From Paecilomyces variotii (Eukaryota): DNA of 64,000 nucleotides. The position numbers and the translations under genes are program-made. The stretch is from NCBI GenBank assembly GCA_004022145.1, contig RCNU01000002.1. One strand, given 5' to 3'. Below the pieces are notes generated by a model, which did no database searches, was not told the DNA's origin, and saw nothing but the letters and a program-made list of their open reading frames with translations. Positions 1-12,536 of this stretch are shown here, in pieces (within the stretch, counting starts at the first letter, position 1; each line of letters starts with the position of its first letter).

Positions 1-210
1 AGTCCTGAACGAGACCTGGTCGGGTAGAGGAAAGTACCATGATGGTAGAGGGATAAAGAGGCAAAACAAAGCTAACCAAGGATGTTGATGACAAGACCTG
101 AGACGTTGAGCGCTTGCACGCAGTTGCAGCGGCGTCTCGAAATTGCGGACGAACCTGCGCAGGCGATATCGCCAGGTTATCCGTGGTTTTTGTCGGCCAT
201 TGGATGGCAT
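1..210 (-). CDS. 5' end of a hypothetical protein, running off the window edge; divergent from uba4
   Basis: ATG at 210 opens 70 codons with no stop to position 1 (MPSNGRQKPRITWRYRLRRFVRNFETPLQLRAS...LFIPLPSWYFPLPDQVSFRT); about 300 bp shared promoter with uba4. Confidence 0.6.
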   Translation of the reverse strand, partial: MPSNGRQKPRITWRYRLRRFVRNFETPLQLRASAQRLRSCHQHPWLALFCLFIPLPSWYFPLPDQVSFRT

Positions 211-513
211 GTGTACAGCACCCAGAGTGAGCCCGGGACGTCAGAGCGGGTTTACGCTTCCTTTATCGCAGAGAATGAACATGGCCTTTCGAGCAGCTAT
301 TTACAACGATCAATAAATAAATATATGGAATAGAACAAGGATGGGCGGTGAACCCTCGCACTACTAAAGGCGGGTCCGTAAGTTGATGGTCAAAAATGGC
401 ATAGCGCAATTTCGCAAAGGCTATCGATAAGGTCGGAAAAGCATCAACCCCGCGAGCCTTGTTCGTTTGGTTGAATATTCCTTTTCTTCTATTGCGCGAT
501 CGAAGCACCAAGC

Positions 514-2121
514 ATGGATGATCTAGAGTCCACGTACGCTTCACTGCGCGCGCAAATCACAGAGACAGAAACACGGTTGGCAGCCCTCAAACGCCAACTA
601 GACAGTGCCGAGAAGACCCTTGCAGAGAAAGGAACGAACGAAACATCCGCTGCGACGTCAGACGGACAGCAGAGCCCACGGAAATGGCCACTTCTTGCAG
701 AGGAGTATAGAAGGTACGGTAGACAGATGATTGTGCCGCAGATTGGACTACAGGGTAGGGTGTTCCTTTCCTCTTCATTTGTTCGGCGCCTGTGCTAAGT
801 CTACCGGAATAGGTCAGTTGAAGCTTCGTTCATCATCAGTATTGATTGTCGGAGCTGGAGGTTTGGGATGTCCTGCAGCTCAGTATCTGGCGGGAGCAGG
901 GGTCGGCACACTGGGCTTGGTGGATGGAGATGTCGTTGAACACTCAAACCTGCACCGCCAGGTTCTACATCGGACAAGGAACGTGGGCAAATTGAAAGTA
1001 GATAGTGCGATCGAGTCTCTTAAGGAGTATGATCCCGTTTGTATTTCCACGCCACCTGTTACACAGTATACTGATTCATATCCACTGAACTTAGGCTCAA
1101 TCCGCACCCGAAGTATGTAGCTCATCGAGCTCATCTTACTCCCGAAGATGCCCCGGAAATCTTTAAGAATTACGATATAATCCTGGACTGCACAGATAAC
1201 CCTGCTACACGATACTTAATCTCTGATACGGCAGTTCTCTTGGGGAAGCCGCTTGTTTCGGCTTCTGCGTTGAGAACGGAGGGTCAGCTCATGGTGTTGA
1301 ACAATCCGCCTAAACCCCCTGGTGAGAAGTCCGGGGGACCCTGCTACCGCTGTGTTTTCCCCAAGCCTCCACCAGCGGATAGCGTTGTGAGCTGTGCAGA
1401 CGGTGGGATCCTAGGTCCGGTGGTCGGAACTATGGGAGTGTTGCAAGCGTTGGAAGCCATCAAGGTCATCACCGGTTACGGCTCTGCGGACAATACGAAT
1501 GGGGGACTGCCTGCCTCCCCCTCTCTGCACATATTCTCCGCATACTCTTCGCCCCCGTTCCGCACAATCCGTCTTAGACCGCGCCGTGCGAATTGCGCAG
1601 CTTGCTCGGCCGATGCCACCGTATCACTCGAATCTCTTCGCAGTGGCTCTACAGATTATGTCCTTTTCTGTGGTTCAGCGACTGCTCCCTCACTGCTTTC
1701 TCCAGAAGAGCGTATCTCAGCTAAGGAGCTCCAGAAGACGTTCGGTGACGGAACAGATGGGTTTGAGAACCGCGGACCTTGTACGGTCATAGATGTGCGT
1801 GACAATGTCCAATTTGACATATGCAGTTTGGATAAAAGCGTGAACATACCAATCTCGAAAATCTTGTCGTCTGCACCACAGCCCACATCCCATGATGGAA
1901 GGGAGCAATCCGGCCTTCCTGATTGGGTCCCTGCAGAAATAGCAACCGGCTCTGAGGGTCCGATATACGTAGTGTGTCGACAGGGAAACGATTCTCAAGT
2001 GGCTGTCAAGAAGCTCAAGGAGCTGGGTCTTGACAGAGAGGGATCCAGGTTCATCGGGGATATCCGCGGGGGTCTGCGCGCATGGCGGGATGAGGTCGAC
2101 CCGGAGTTTCCGGATTATTGA
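514..2121 (+). CDS. uba4: Adenylyltransferase/sulfurtransferase Uba4 (MOCS3/CnxF-type; ThiF/MoeB domain plus rhodanese domain)
   Basis: Exons ~514-754, 813-1026, 1095-2121 joined by GT-AG introns; motifs RYGRQM, VGAGGLG, SNLHRQ, CYRC/CAAC zinc sites, rhodanese [11 protein letters not shown]-terminal DPEFPDY. Confidence 0.95.
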
Positions 2122-2325
2122 AGACCTCTACATCGACTCCTGTCCCAGATGTGGCTGCAAGTCATGTTCTCGGATTCTGGGATCAACGGATGTCGATTGA
2201 ATTACATAACATGTGAATCATATACACATTTCAGACGCCCATTAAAAATTAGATTATATGCAAGCATGGTCATCAACATAGGGGTATCACGTATTTCGGA
2301 AGAAAAGTCCAAGAGTATAGAATGC

Positions 2326-3277
2326 TCATGCGGTAACATTCACAGGCGCATTTTCCAACCACGCCCAGTCGACCGTCACCCTCCCCTGCTCGAGATTGGC
2401 CAATTTGGAAAAGACACTGCGCGTAGTGTCGATATCAGTCGCTTTGCAGCCGACGCCTGGGTATGACAAATTCGTTAGCCTTCGTTCAATTCATATATCC
2501 ACCATACCACGGAAGTGGAAAGCCAAAGGCCAAGCATAGCATACATCTATCTACAACCTTGACATCCACACTCTTGCCATCTCGTCGTAGTCGAATTTTC
2601 AGTCCGCAAAGCGGATTCTGATTCGGATCCGAACCTTTCGAGGCAGCGTCAAAGACCAGATGTGATACTGCGCAGATGGAATCTGAAGCGGAACTGGTGA
2701 TGCCGCAGGATCCGAGACCTGGGTCGTAGTAGGTTAGGTCGCCTGTGTAAGGGCCACCATGCGAGGTGGGTAAGGGGAGGTTGGAGACGCCACTACTGGT
2801 AAGAGTATGTATTAGTATAAAAAGAAAGGAGGTCCAGGAATATTACAGATGATGTATGTGATGAATGATATAAATAAGAAAGGAAAAAAAAGAGAGAGAG
2901 ATCTGCGCAAAAACATACTTCTTCCCCACGGTCAAGCCTACAGCAAGACCAATGATCAGAGCCACGAGTATGACAGCTCCAATTCCACCTAGGAGTAATA
3001 GACGTTTTCGTCTGTTATTTGCGAAAGGCAATTTGATCTTCTTTTTGAAGATCGTGAATTCGCTCAACGCGACCCATTTTGGGGTTGTCTTTTCGCTGTC
3101 GTCCCGGTAGGTATGCGAGATGTCGCCGGTGTCATCTGGAGTCACGACTGGGGCCGTTGTCGCAGCTGGAGCATGCGATGTCTGTGCTGCCGCTGTTGCT
3201 CCAACTGGTTTACGCTTGGGGACCGAGGCCAGTGGGTGCTGCTGCGGCCGGCTCTGTTCGATATCGCGTTGTTCCAT
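2326..3277 (-). CDS. Membrane-anchored RlpA-like double-psi beta-barrel (expansin/loosenin-like) protein
   Basis: Exon 1 has a basic patch plus TM helix (RRKRLLLLGGIGAVILVALIIGLAVGLTV); spliced downstream exons give GDLTYYDPGLGSCG...AVSH...NPLCG...VKVVDRC.GC...DID...GRVTVDWAW, typical of the DPBB fold. Confidence 0.85.
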
Positions 3278-4233
3278 CGCCAATACTCGCAACTACGGAA
3301 GTAGATAGGTAGTTTCGATCAATTGGCGTCGCATTCTACGACAGGCGAGGAGGCGCAATTAGAACGATTGCGCTGGTTTTTGTTGGTGAGGCGCCCAGCA
3401 AGACGATGTCATAGCAACAGACCGTCAGGGGCCAGCAGTCTGTGTCTGTCGAGACGATCTTCGCGACGCAGGATATTATTATGTAGATAGTCTAGTTGGG
3501 CAATCCGAATCCGGGGAGAGCAGTTCAGGGGCTGGCCAATCATCTTGTCGGCTGAGGGTTGATATGTAGCTGAGTCATCTTATCGATCAATGTGAGGTTT
3601 TGCATCGCGTCTTTTGATAATGTCTACAGTAGTATAGAAAGTCATTCAGATACCGAAACCCTCTAGATAGTTATCGTGATCAGTTCCCTAACGTGATACC
3701 TGCAGCGCAATATCCAACACGAGCATTGCCATACAGACCGGACCAAGGGCCGGCAAGAATAAGTTAGCGGACATCTCGGCTGGGATACGATGCAATCATG
3801 AGAACCGTCTGTCTCGGCTTAATTGACAAAGATCGGACCGTGTGACATGGCAATTATCTGGTCTGACTCTGGGGATAAATGAGACTATATCACCACTATA
3901 TCCATAACCCGTGTTAATTTAGCCGCGTCGTCTGCGCAGTCGGACTTGCTCCGGCCTGGCTTGTTCGATCGCGGGGTTGTCCGTTGTCGTGGGGGAGCTC
4001 GAGCTGTTGTTGCGGCCATGATCAATTGATCGTCAATTCCATCCGGTTGTATGATTTTCTATGGCGACATTTAATTCTCTTGTTTCCCCCACGGTCTCCT
4101 TTCTATCGGATACAATAATCATCATCATCAGCGTCAATTGCAGTCTACACGCATTTTCATGCTAAAGAACTGTTTTGGTTTACCTAGATATTATACCCCG
4201 CATACGTTATCGTCCTGAACTGCTTCAATAACA

Positions 4234-5685
4234 ATGTCCACAAAGCCGACGGTAGGCTTTGTCGGCCTGGGCGCCATGGGCTTTGGCATGGCCACCCATC
4301 TGGTCAAACAGGGATATCCCGTCAAGGGATTCGATGTCTTTGAAAAGTCGCGCGAGCGCTTCCGGGAAGCTGGTGGCATCGCAGTCTCCTCGCTGCGGGA
4401 GTCGGCAGAAGGCAACCTGTACTATGTCTGCATGGTGGCCTCTGCACCGCAGGCTCAGGAGGTGTTATTCAACAAGGAGACTGGAATTGTAAATGGTTGG
4501 TACAGTATCTAGCTATTTCTTCTAAGGATGCTATGTGGTGGAATATTCTCTTGGCTGACTTGCCTATAGTTCTACCCCAGGGTGCAACATTCCTCCTCTG
4601 CTCAACCGTTCCCTCCTCCTATGCGCAATCGGTCGCACAGCAGCTCAAGGAACACGGCCGGGATGACATCTATTTCATCGACAGTCCCGTCTCCGGCGGT
4701 GCCAAACGAGCCGCGGATGGCACGCTCTCCATCATGGCTGGTGCGTCGGATGCAGCCCTGGAGAAAGGCAGATTTCTTCTACAGGAGATGTCAGACTCGA
4801 ACAAGCTGTATCTTGTCCCCGGAGGCATTGGGGCTGGCAGCAACATGAAGATGGTCCACCAAGTCCTGGCTGGAATCCATATCCTCGGAGCCAGTGAAGC
4901 CATGGGCCTTGCGGCTAGATTGGGCCTGGATGCGAAGGAGACGGCGGATGCCATCATTAACTCAGAAGCTTGGACATGGATGCACGAGAACCGCTTTCCT
5001 CGGATGCTTGCAGAGGACTGGAACCCAGGTGCGAGTGCGCTGACAATTATTCTAAAGGATGTGGTAAGTGTAACGCCAGCTTGGTATTGGTTGTCAATAT
5101 TTGATTGACATGGTCTCCTAGGGTATTATCACTGCCACAGCCCGCCTACACAGCTTCCCGACTCCTCTCTCCTCCACGGCCGAACAGACCTACCTCTCCG
5201 GTGTGCTTTTTGGCTATGGCCCGAAGGACGACTCCGCCATGGTCCGCCTGTACTTCCCCGACCCCATTGCCCAGGTTAGCAGCACGAAGTCTGCCGTCGA
5301 GAAGACCTCTGCTCTGAACCTGGTCAAGGCCCTCTTGGTCAACCTTAACATCGTTGCTGCCGCAGAAGCCATTGCCTTTGCACGCCACCTCAAGGTCGAT
5401 CTGCAGCAGTTTTACGGTCTGGTGAACGAAGCTGCCGGTGCGAGCGCGCAGTTCAAGGCCCGGGGTCCAGAGATGATCGAAGGTCTGGAAAGCGGCGAGG
5501 CTCCTGTGGGAACTTTGACTGTAGATGACGCAGTCAACGAGCTTTCAACGGTTGTCGCAGAGGCGAGACTATTGAACTGCCCGCTGCATCTGGCTGCTGA
5601 AGCGCTGACCTTGTTCACGTTTGCGCAGAAGAGAGGGTACGGCAAGGAGGCGGCCGCGAGTGTGCTGAAGGTGTGGGAGAAATAG
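4234..5685 (+). CDS. NAD-dependent beta-hydroxyacid dehydrogenase (3-hydroxyisobutyrate / L-threonate dehydrogenase-like)
   Basis: Three exons; VGFVGLGAMGFGMA Rossmann motif, DSPVSGG, GAGSNMKMVHQ catalytic Lys segment; extra helical C-terminal domain. Confidence 0.9.
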
Positions 5686-6459
5686 GGAGGCGTTCAATAA
5701 GCAATATTTCTTGGTTATATGTATATAGACATGTTCATTAGTGAGAATAACGATTGGCACAAAAGAGATGTTTGATCCATTATCAAGTGTGAGATTTAGT
5801 CCTATCTTCTGTTGCAAAAACCTTTCCCTGCCAACTTCTGCTTCAACCTCAATTGCTCTGAGTAGGACCCTCTGAAATCGTAGTTGAACAACAAGCGCTC
5901 ATCAATTGCCACCACAACGATACCCAATGTCGCATCATCATTTCCACACGGAGCAATCCCCCTCAGCCCCTCTACTACTTATCGCCCCTCTCGATTCCCC
6001 CACTCTAATTAATCTTCCACCCCCACGAGATCCATCTAGACAATAAAAACAGTCCCTCCAGGCACAGAATCAAGAGATCAATTCTCGGAGTTACCCCGAT
6101 CAAAACTCACGGACTTCCATCGGCGATTGACTGTGTCTGTTGATCTCCGTGTGATGTTGTTGTTCTTCCTCCCCCGCCCCCGCGGCATGATCGGATTGTA
6201 TTCCGCGATCGTCCAGATGGATAATTTCAAGGAGAGAGTTATAAATGGGAATTGACCCGATTTTTACTGGTAAATTGTTTTTATCATACGCACGAGTCGT
6301 TTGACGTGCTTTGGATTTTCTGACGCATTATAGTTATATTAACCTATTACGCCGTTATCGGTTTACTTCTTCTTCTTCTTACCCCTCACTAGGCACGATT
6401 GTCCGCATCAACTTGATTAATCTGAAAGAAAGAAAAGAAGAAGAAATAACGAATCCAAC

Positions 6460-7326
6460 ATGCCTCACCCTTCCCTCAAAGATAACCGCGCCCTCTCTAT
6501 CCTCGACAATGCCCTGGCTGGCGGCTACGGTATTCCCGGCATGTGCTGCTACAACGTCGAAGGCATCCTCGCGACCGTCCGCGCCGCCGAAGCGAAGCGG
6601 TCTCCAGCCATGATCCTCCTCTTTCCCTGGGCCATCCACTACGCCGACGGCCTGCTCGTCCACGCCGCCGCCGAAGCAGCCCGTAACGCCTCCGTGCCCG
6701 TCACCGTGCACATGGACCACGCGCAGACGCCCGAGATCATCCGTCGTGCGGCCGACATGGGCGGATTCGACTCTATCATGGTCGACATGTCGCATTACGA
6801 CAAGGCGGAGAATCTGGCCAAGACGAAAGAACTCACGGCGTATTGTCACGAGCGGGGGATCGCCACCGAGGCTGAGCCCGGACGCATCGAGGGCGGAGAG
6901 GACGGCGTGGCTGACACGGCTGATCTGGAAGGCCTCCTCACCACCCCGGAGGAGAGTCAGGAGTTTGTCGATACGGGTATCGACTGGCTCGCGCCGGCGT
7001 TTGGAAACGTGCACGGCTCGTATGGTCCTCGGGGAATCCAGCTCGAGTACGATCGGTTGGACAGCATCAATCGCGCCGTGGGCGATAAGGTCCGGATCGT
7101 GCTGCATGGTGCGGATCCCTTCACGACGGAGATCTTCCAGAAATGCATCAAGCACGGCGTGTCGAAGATCAATATCAACAAGGTTATGAATAATGAGTAC
7201 ACGCGCGTGCAGGCGGAGAGGTCGGGTAAGGCGCCATTGACGACGGTTATTGAGGAGGCTACCACTGCCATGCAGAAGGCTGTGGAGAGGTGTATGGATA
7301 TGGTCGGTTCGACGGGGAAGGCTTAG
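6460..7326 (+). CDS. Class II (metal-dependent) ketose-bisphosphate aldolase family protein
   Basis: Intronless 288 aa ORF; VHMDHA, SIMVDMSH, EAEPGRIEGGEDG, AFGNVHGSY, IVLHG, KININ motifs. Confidence 0.92.
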   Translation: MPHPSLKDNRALSILDNALAGGYGIPGMCCYNVEGILATVRAAEAKRSPAMILLFPWAIHYADGLLVHAAAEAARNASVPVTVHMDHAQTPEIIRRAADMGGFDSIMVDMSHYDKAENLAKTKELTAYCHERGIATEAEPGRIEGGEDGVADTADLEGLLTTPEESQEFVDTGIDWLAPAFGNVHGSYGPRGIQLEYDRLDSINRAVGDKVRIVLHGADPFTTEIFQKCIKHGVSKININKVMNNEYTRVQAERSGKAPLTTVIEEATTAMQKAVERCMDMVGSTGKA

Positions 7327-7598
7327 ATAGATGGTGGTTGTAGAACGTACGAGCGACTTTTGGTTGTATATAGATGTCTCCACTGCATGAATTATGCTTA
7401 CCTACTGTTTGGCGCAGAGCTTCTTCCGGAATGAATTTGAAATAGCACGTAGCTAATCAATGGAATATGAATATATTACTTTTCAAAAGAAATAATATAC
7501 CACTCAGATGATAATATGTATACCCCCCGCATCAAACCAGATATGCACAACAAAGATATGATATATCCACATAGAACTCCCCCTATTCGAACGGGCAA

Positions 7599-8184
7599 TC
7601 ACAGAATGTTCAGATTGATTGGAATGCAGCCAAAGTTAATGAGTCCATTCTGCATCAATAAGAGTATCATATTAGCCTCTATCCACCATAATATAGAAAA
7701 TGACCATGAGTGAGTGCGATTCATATTTGAATCCTGAAGGGAAGTAAGTAAGTTAAAAAGAAATCCAGCTTACGTATGTGTTATTCGAACAGCACACAGC
7801 GTTGGAGTTGCATCGGGTGCCCATATCGACGACCTCGCCGAGCGTAGTGATTGGTGTGCCTGGAATAGGTAATCAGCGTTAGTTAGCATCGTCGTTAAAT
7901 ATACATAGTAACAGATTGATTGCACTGCGTCGGACGAGCCGCGGATGATGGATATGGTTATACTAACAAGTCAATCCAACAGGACCTTTGGCCTCTTCGG
8001 GGCTGACGCCAATCTTGCTCAGAGTCGAAGCGACGTTCGTGTCATCGGTGTTGGCGATCGTCTCGCAGCAGTGTGCTTGCGCGTTGGCATCGCATCCGTC
8101 GCGGGCCGAGAGGATGTGGTTTGCGGGAAGGGCAGTCGCCGAGATGGCGAAAAGAGCCGTGGATAGAGGGATGAGGAAACGCAT
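7599..8184 (-). CDS. Class I hydrophobin
   Basis: Signal peptide MRFLIPLSTALFAISATALP; three exons give the 8-Cys pattern C-X7-CC-X32-C-X15-C-X5-CC-X12-C ending NGLINFGCIPINLNIL*. Confidence 0.92.
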
Positions 8185-9687
8185 TGTGAATGGATTTTGG
8201 TTCACGCAAAAAAAAAAAATAAAGGTTACAGTTGTGGTTATGAGAACGAGTGGACGGGATTCTGGGGAAGGATTGTTTCTTGCACACTCTCGTGGTATTA
8301 CTTATTATTTTCTATTGACCAGAAAGTCGGTTCCAGGTTTGGGATGCAGAAATATAAGTACTCATCAGAAAGCACCAGAGACTACGTACAAGGCTCCTTA
8401 TTGTTACTCTGCTGCTAATTCGTATTTGATCGATCATCTCGGGTCCAAACAGGGAACTGGAAGATGGGGCTCGGAGGCGGGCTACTGCTAGTTAATCCCA
8501 ATCCCCATCGCCAATCCTCCCATCTAGATCGGGCGAGGATGCAAGTTCCGTACTCCCTTGCGAGGTGTATAGCAAGCAGTAGTACAGTACAGTAATAGCT
8601 CACTGCTAGAGCTTGTCATGGCTGAGTCTTCCAACCACCCATTGGCCAGTGGTAATACTTTAGTGATGCAGGACGATCGATAGCATCTCACAAAGGCTTG
8701 AACTTCAGCATAAGTAAAGCACAGACGTGACGATCATGAGAGCTCGTCCGATCAGGGGAAAATCAGGAACCAGCAGGACTATCTCAGCCACCGACGATGA
8801 ACCGAGATGCAGCGACCTACCAGAGATGGCGATCGGGAATAGGCTGTGGGGAGCTGCTCGTCTTAGTTTCGAGATCACCAAAAAGTCAATTCTCGGTGCG
8901 GACGCACGGATTCTGTCCCGGTTGGTATTATTTATTGTTGGACTGGTTGGAAGTAACAATGACTAGAGTGAATTAATCAGTCAGACTGGTCAGATATATA
9001 ATTATGTAGTGGGGGATGGATGAGTTGTTGTTATTGTGAGGCGCCCTGGTTTGTTGTTTGATCCTGTGGGGTTGGAAAAGGAGAGATACGTGTGTGCTGT
9101 TTGACTGCGCGCATGCTTTTTCCCGTCAATATGTAACCACTCCGTTCTGTTAATTATTTGCCAAGTAAAATTTGTTCTTCAGAGAGTGATATGTGGATAA
9201 CCTGAAAAAGCTCTGAGCTTTGGTCCCAACATCGAATCGACATGTCTGCAAGGGGTACTTAATTAATCGGCGATAAACAGAGGGATAGTTAGGCTTGGTG
9301 CCGAAGGTAGAGCGGTAGCACACTCTCAATGCCTGCCTGATATTAGAACTTCGATACTTCTGTCTCACGATCAACTCTATTCTTTTGATATCATTTCAGG
9401 TGGTATGGACGAAGAGATAGATGTCTCTGCTTTGTTTCTGTAGAAGAGCGAATAACTAGACTAACTAGCTTAGTTAAAGAAGTCAATGCCTCAGGTGTCT
9501 GATTTGTCAGCAGATCCGTACTCGATGTTATTTTGCCCAGCGAGATCCATGACAGCCATCCAACCCGAAGGAAAAAAGCGGGAATCTCACTTTTGTTATC
9601 ACTTTTTCTCTAGTCTGATGTGGTGCGGGTGGGAAGGTGTTAAGCATGGTCTCTTGATATGCGCCCGTTCCAAGTCCTGCGATTATC

Positions 9688-11492
9688 ATGGACGACAACC
9701 CAGCTCCCTCGTCGACAGAAAGCAACACCCAGCTTGCTGGCCAAGCATGTTCAAATTGCAAAGGAAGTAAGAAGAAATGCGATAGGACTCTACCAAGCTG
9801 TAGCCGTTGCGTAAGGTAATACAATTCTTGGTGTCTAGAAATTCTCTCCATACCCCGCACTTCAGCGCTGACTCGTCAGACAGACAGTCGATTACATGCA
9901 CGTATGATGTGCACTCTTCGAGGAGCGCTGTTGCAAGATTGGAATCCAAATTGGATGAGGTCTACGCTCGCTTAGATAGACTTGAATCGTCTATTCTTAA
10001 TACTCAAAATGGCGACTCTGAAATGCCGACTGTCGCGCCGACATGCTCTGAGCCGGCAGCTCCCTACCATCACCGTGACGGTGACACAGATGCACCAAAA
10101 TGGGAATTCAATTCTTCTCTATTATCATCACAGATGAACTCTCTGCTACTTAACAGCATGAGACAAATACTGCAGGAAAATCTCACCACAGAAAAGCAAG
10201 TCCTGGAGAAATACCTGCAAACTGTCCATCAGTGGCTACCAATCGTTCCATCAGCAGACGTTTTGAGAGCAGTCGACAACGAAGAGCATAATGAGCTAAA
10301 TAAAGGATGTGCACTGCTCATATTATCAATGTTTCTTGTGACGGAAAAGCAGTCCCATACTGCAAACGCAGTTTGGAAGACTGACTGTGTATACCGGACA
10401 TGTAAAAACCAGTTCGCGACGTTTCTGTCGTCCGGAGAGACGAGTCTTTACGCTGTGCAAGCAGGAGTCTTGATCACGTTGTTTGAATATACTCAGGATC
10501 TCATTGATGATGCATATACTACCTTGGGTATATGTGCGAGGACTGCTCATACGCAGGGATTCCATCAGCTACGGCCTTCATCCCTTAGCACGCAAAGAGA
10601 TGTTTCTGCACAAATTGGAGCACAGCACAAAACGTGGTGGGCTATCATTATGCTGGAAAGGTAGATATCTATACCCACTAGCCACAGCGTCCTCGCTAAC
10701 TGAATGCAAGATATATCAACACACCGGTCCTCGAGAAGCCTCGCCAGCCAATGATCACTGCTACAGAGAATGAAATGACTCTGATAGATATCCCCGAGGC
10801 AGCCGTGTTCTCATCGCCTGCTGATTTGTTCACCCTCGAGGCAGAGGCTGTCACCCTTTTAAACAAGGTGCATGAATTCATGCGAGAGCATGGGACAAAC
10901 GACACTCTACCGTTTCGACAGGCTCTGGATATTGACCGTGGACTTACTGCTCTGCTATGCAAGCTTCAGCTCCGCCAGTATTGCGCGATACCCTTCCGAT
11001 ATTGCTTTGCTAGTCTTACCTGGTAAGTATTTCTGTACGCTATCACCATGCCAACACTGACGGCCGGGACAGCGCTTCACTTCTTCTCCACACGCTCTGT
11101 CTTTGCAAGGCCAAGGCAATGGGTGAAAAAAGCTATATCGAGATATCCATGATAAGTCTTCAGGACAATCTATTCGGTTCGACCGCCGCCGTTAAACCTA
11201 TGCTGGCAGCCATTTCCAAGGGCACTATTGCCATCGAGTCGATCAATCCCTTCTGGAGCCGTATTGCTCTCCAGGCCGAGCTGACACAGCGGGCAATCAT
11301 CGAAGATCCAACGCAGAGGCATACTCTTTTCGTAGAACTGCTGCAAGTTCTGTCTAGCAGATATAAGATCGCAGGTGAGTTATACCCAACAATATGACGG
11401 ACGGCAATCCTAACAACGCAGTAGAGAGCTTTCTACGTCTGCTGTGTAATTCGCACCATCACACGGAGCATGACGCTTCGTCTCAGCATTAG
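9688..11492 (+). CDS. Zn(II)2Cys6 fungal transcription factor
   Basis: Exon 1 ACSNCKGSKKKCDRTLPSCSRCVR is spliced to QSITCTY, completing the C6 cluster; coiled-coil RLESKLDEVYARLDRLE; middle homology region (HQWLPIV ... WWAIIMLER); last exons approximate. Confidence 0.88.
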
Positions 11493-11732
11493 TCACGACA
11501 TGTATCAAACGTCCTTTCAAGTGGTGTTCACAAAAGAGACTTGACAGTGTTCCTCAAGATTTAGATTCTATGATTGTCTTAGTTACAGCATGCGGGAGCA
11601 TGTCGCATGAGCCCAGTCATGCTTGGAACACGAAGTTCTTGGTTCGTTGTAAAGTAATGCCCCCAGCATTCAAGTCTAACAATGTCCCTCTAGGCGGTAC
11701 GCTGCAATTCTCACAATGGCGACTTTCTTTAT

Positions 11733-12536
11733 TTATTTGGCACCGACACCGGCGATGTGCTCGTAGAAGGACTTGCCCTGAATCTCGGCGACCTGAAGCT
11801 CGAGCTCACTGGGCTGACGACTTCCATCAGGCCCGGCCTAGAGTCATTTTATCAGCAACAGCTTCTTCTAACTAGTAAGGGAATAAACGGATCACGCACA
11901 AAGGTACCAGCACCCCAGGGGCTGCCGCCGTGGATCTCCGACAGGTTGCTCAGCAGGTGTCCGGCGGTCTTATACCCCAGAGGAACATAGGTTATTCCGT
12001 GGTGAGCCAGAGTGCTCATGGCCGCGAGAGCGGTCGATTCCTGACCACCACCCTGCGTACCCGTTGAGATAAAAAGACCGGCGAATTTGCCGTAGTAACC
12101 TCCCTTGGCCCAGATACCACCCGACTTGTCCCAGAATGCCTTCCACTGCGCGGGGAAGTTACCGTAACGCGTGGGAATACCAAGGAGGAAGCCGTCGTAA
12201 TCCAGCAGCGTATCCGGCTCAGCGATGGGGTAGTCGGGCTTGGGAGGTGCCTTCATCATGCTGAGAACGTTATCGGGAAGGGTCTCGGCGATCCTATGAT
12301 GAGCGATGTCAGTGGACAATTGCTTCGGGCTGTGCTTTATCCAGATAGTCCGTACTGGAAGATATCGGCCTTGCCGCCCGCGGTGAGAATCCCCTTGTGC
12401 TGAGCCTGGGCCAGCTTCACGGTGTGGCCGTACATGGAATACTGCGCGTATCAGCCATCGTTAGCGACAAGGACGTCATAGGTAGATCGCGGAACTGGTC
12501 ACGACATACGAGGACGATTGCGATTCTGGGCGCCAT
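11733..12536 (-). CDS. Flavodoxin-like NAD(P)H:quinone oxidoreductase (WrbA/Pst2/Ycp4 family)
   Basis: [71 protein letters not shown]; four exons. Confidence 0.93.

Noticed and set aside
6379..7383. 334-aa antisense ORF over the aldolase
   Set aside because: Shadow ORF from GC-biased codon usage of the sense gene; no motifs
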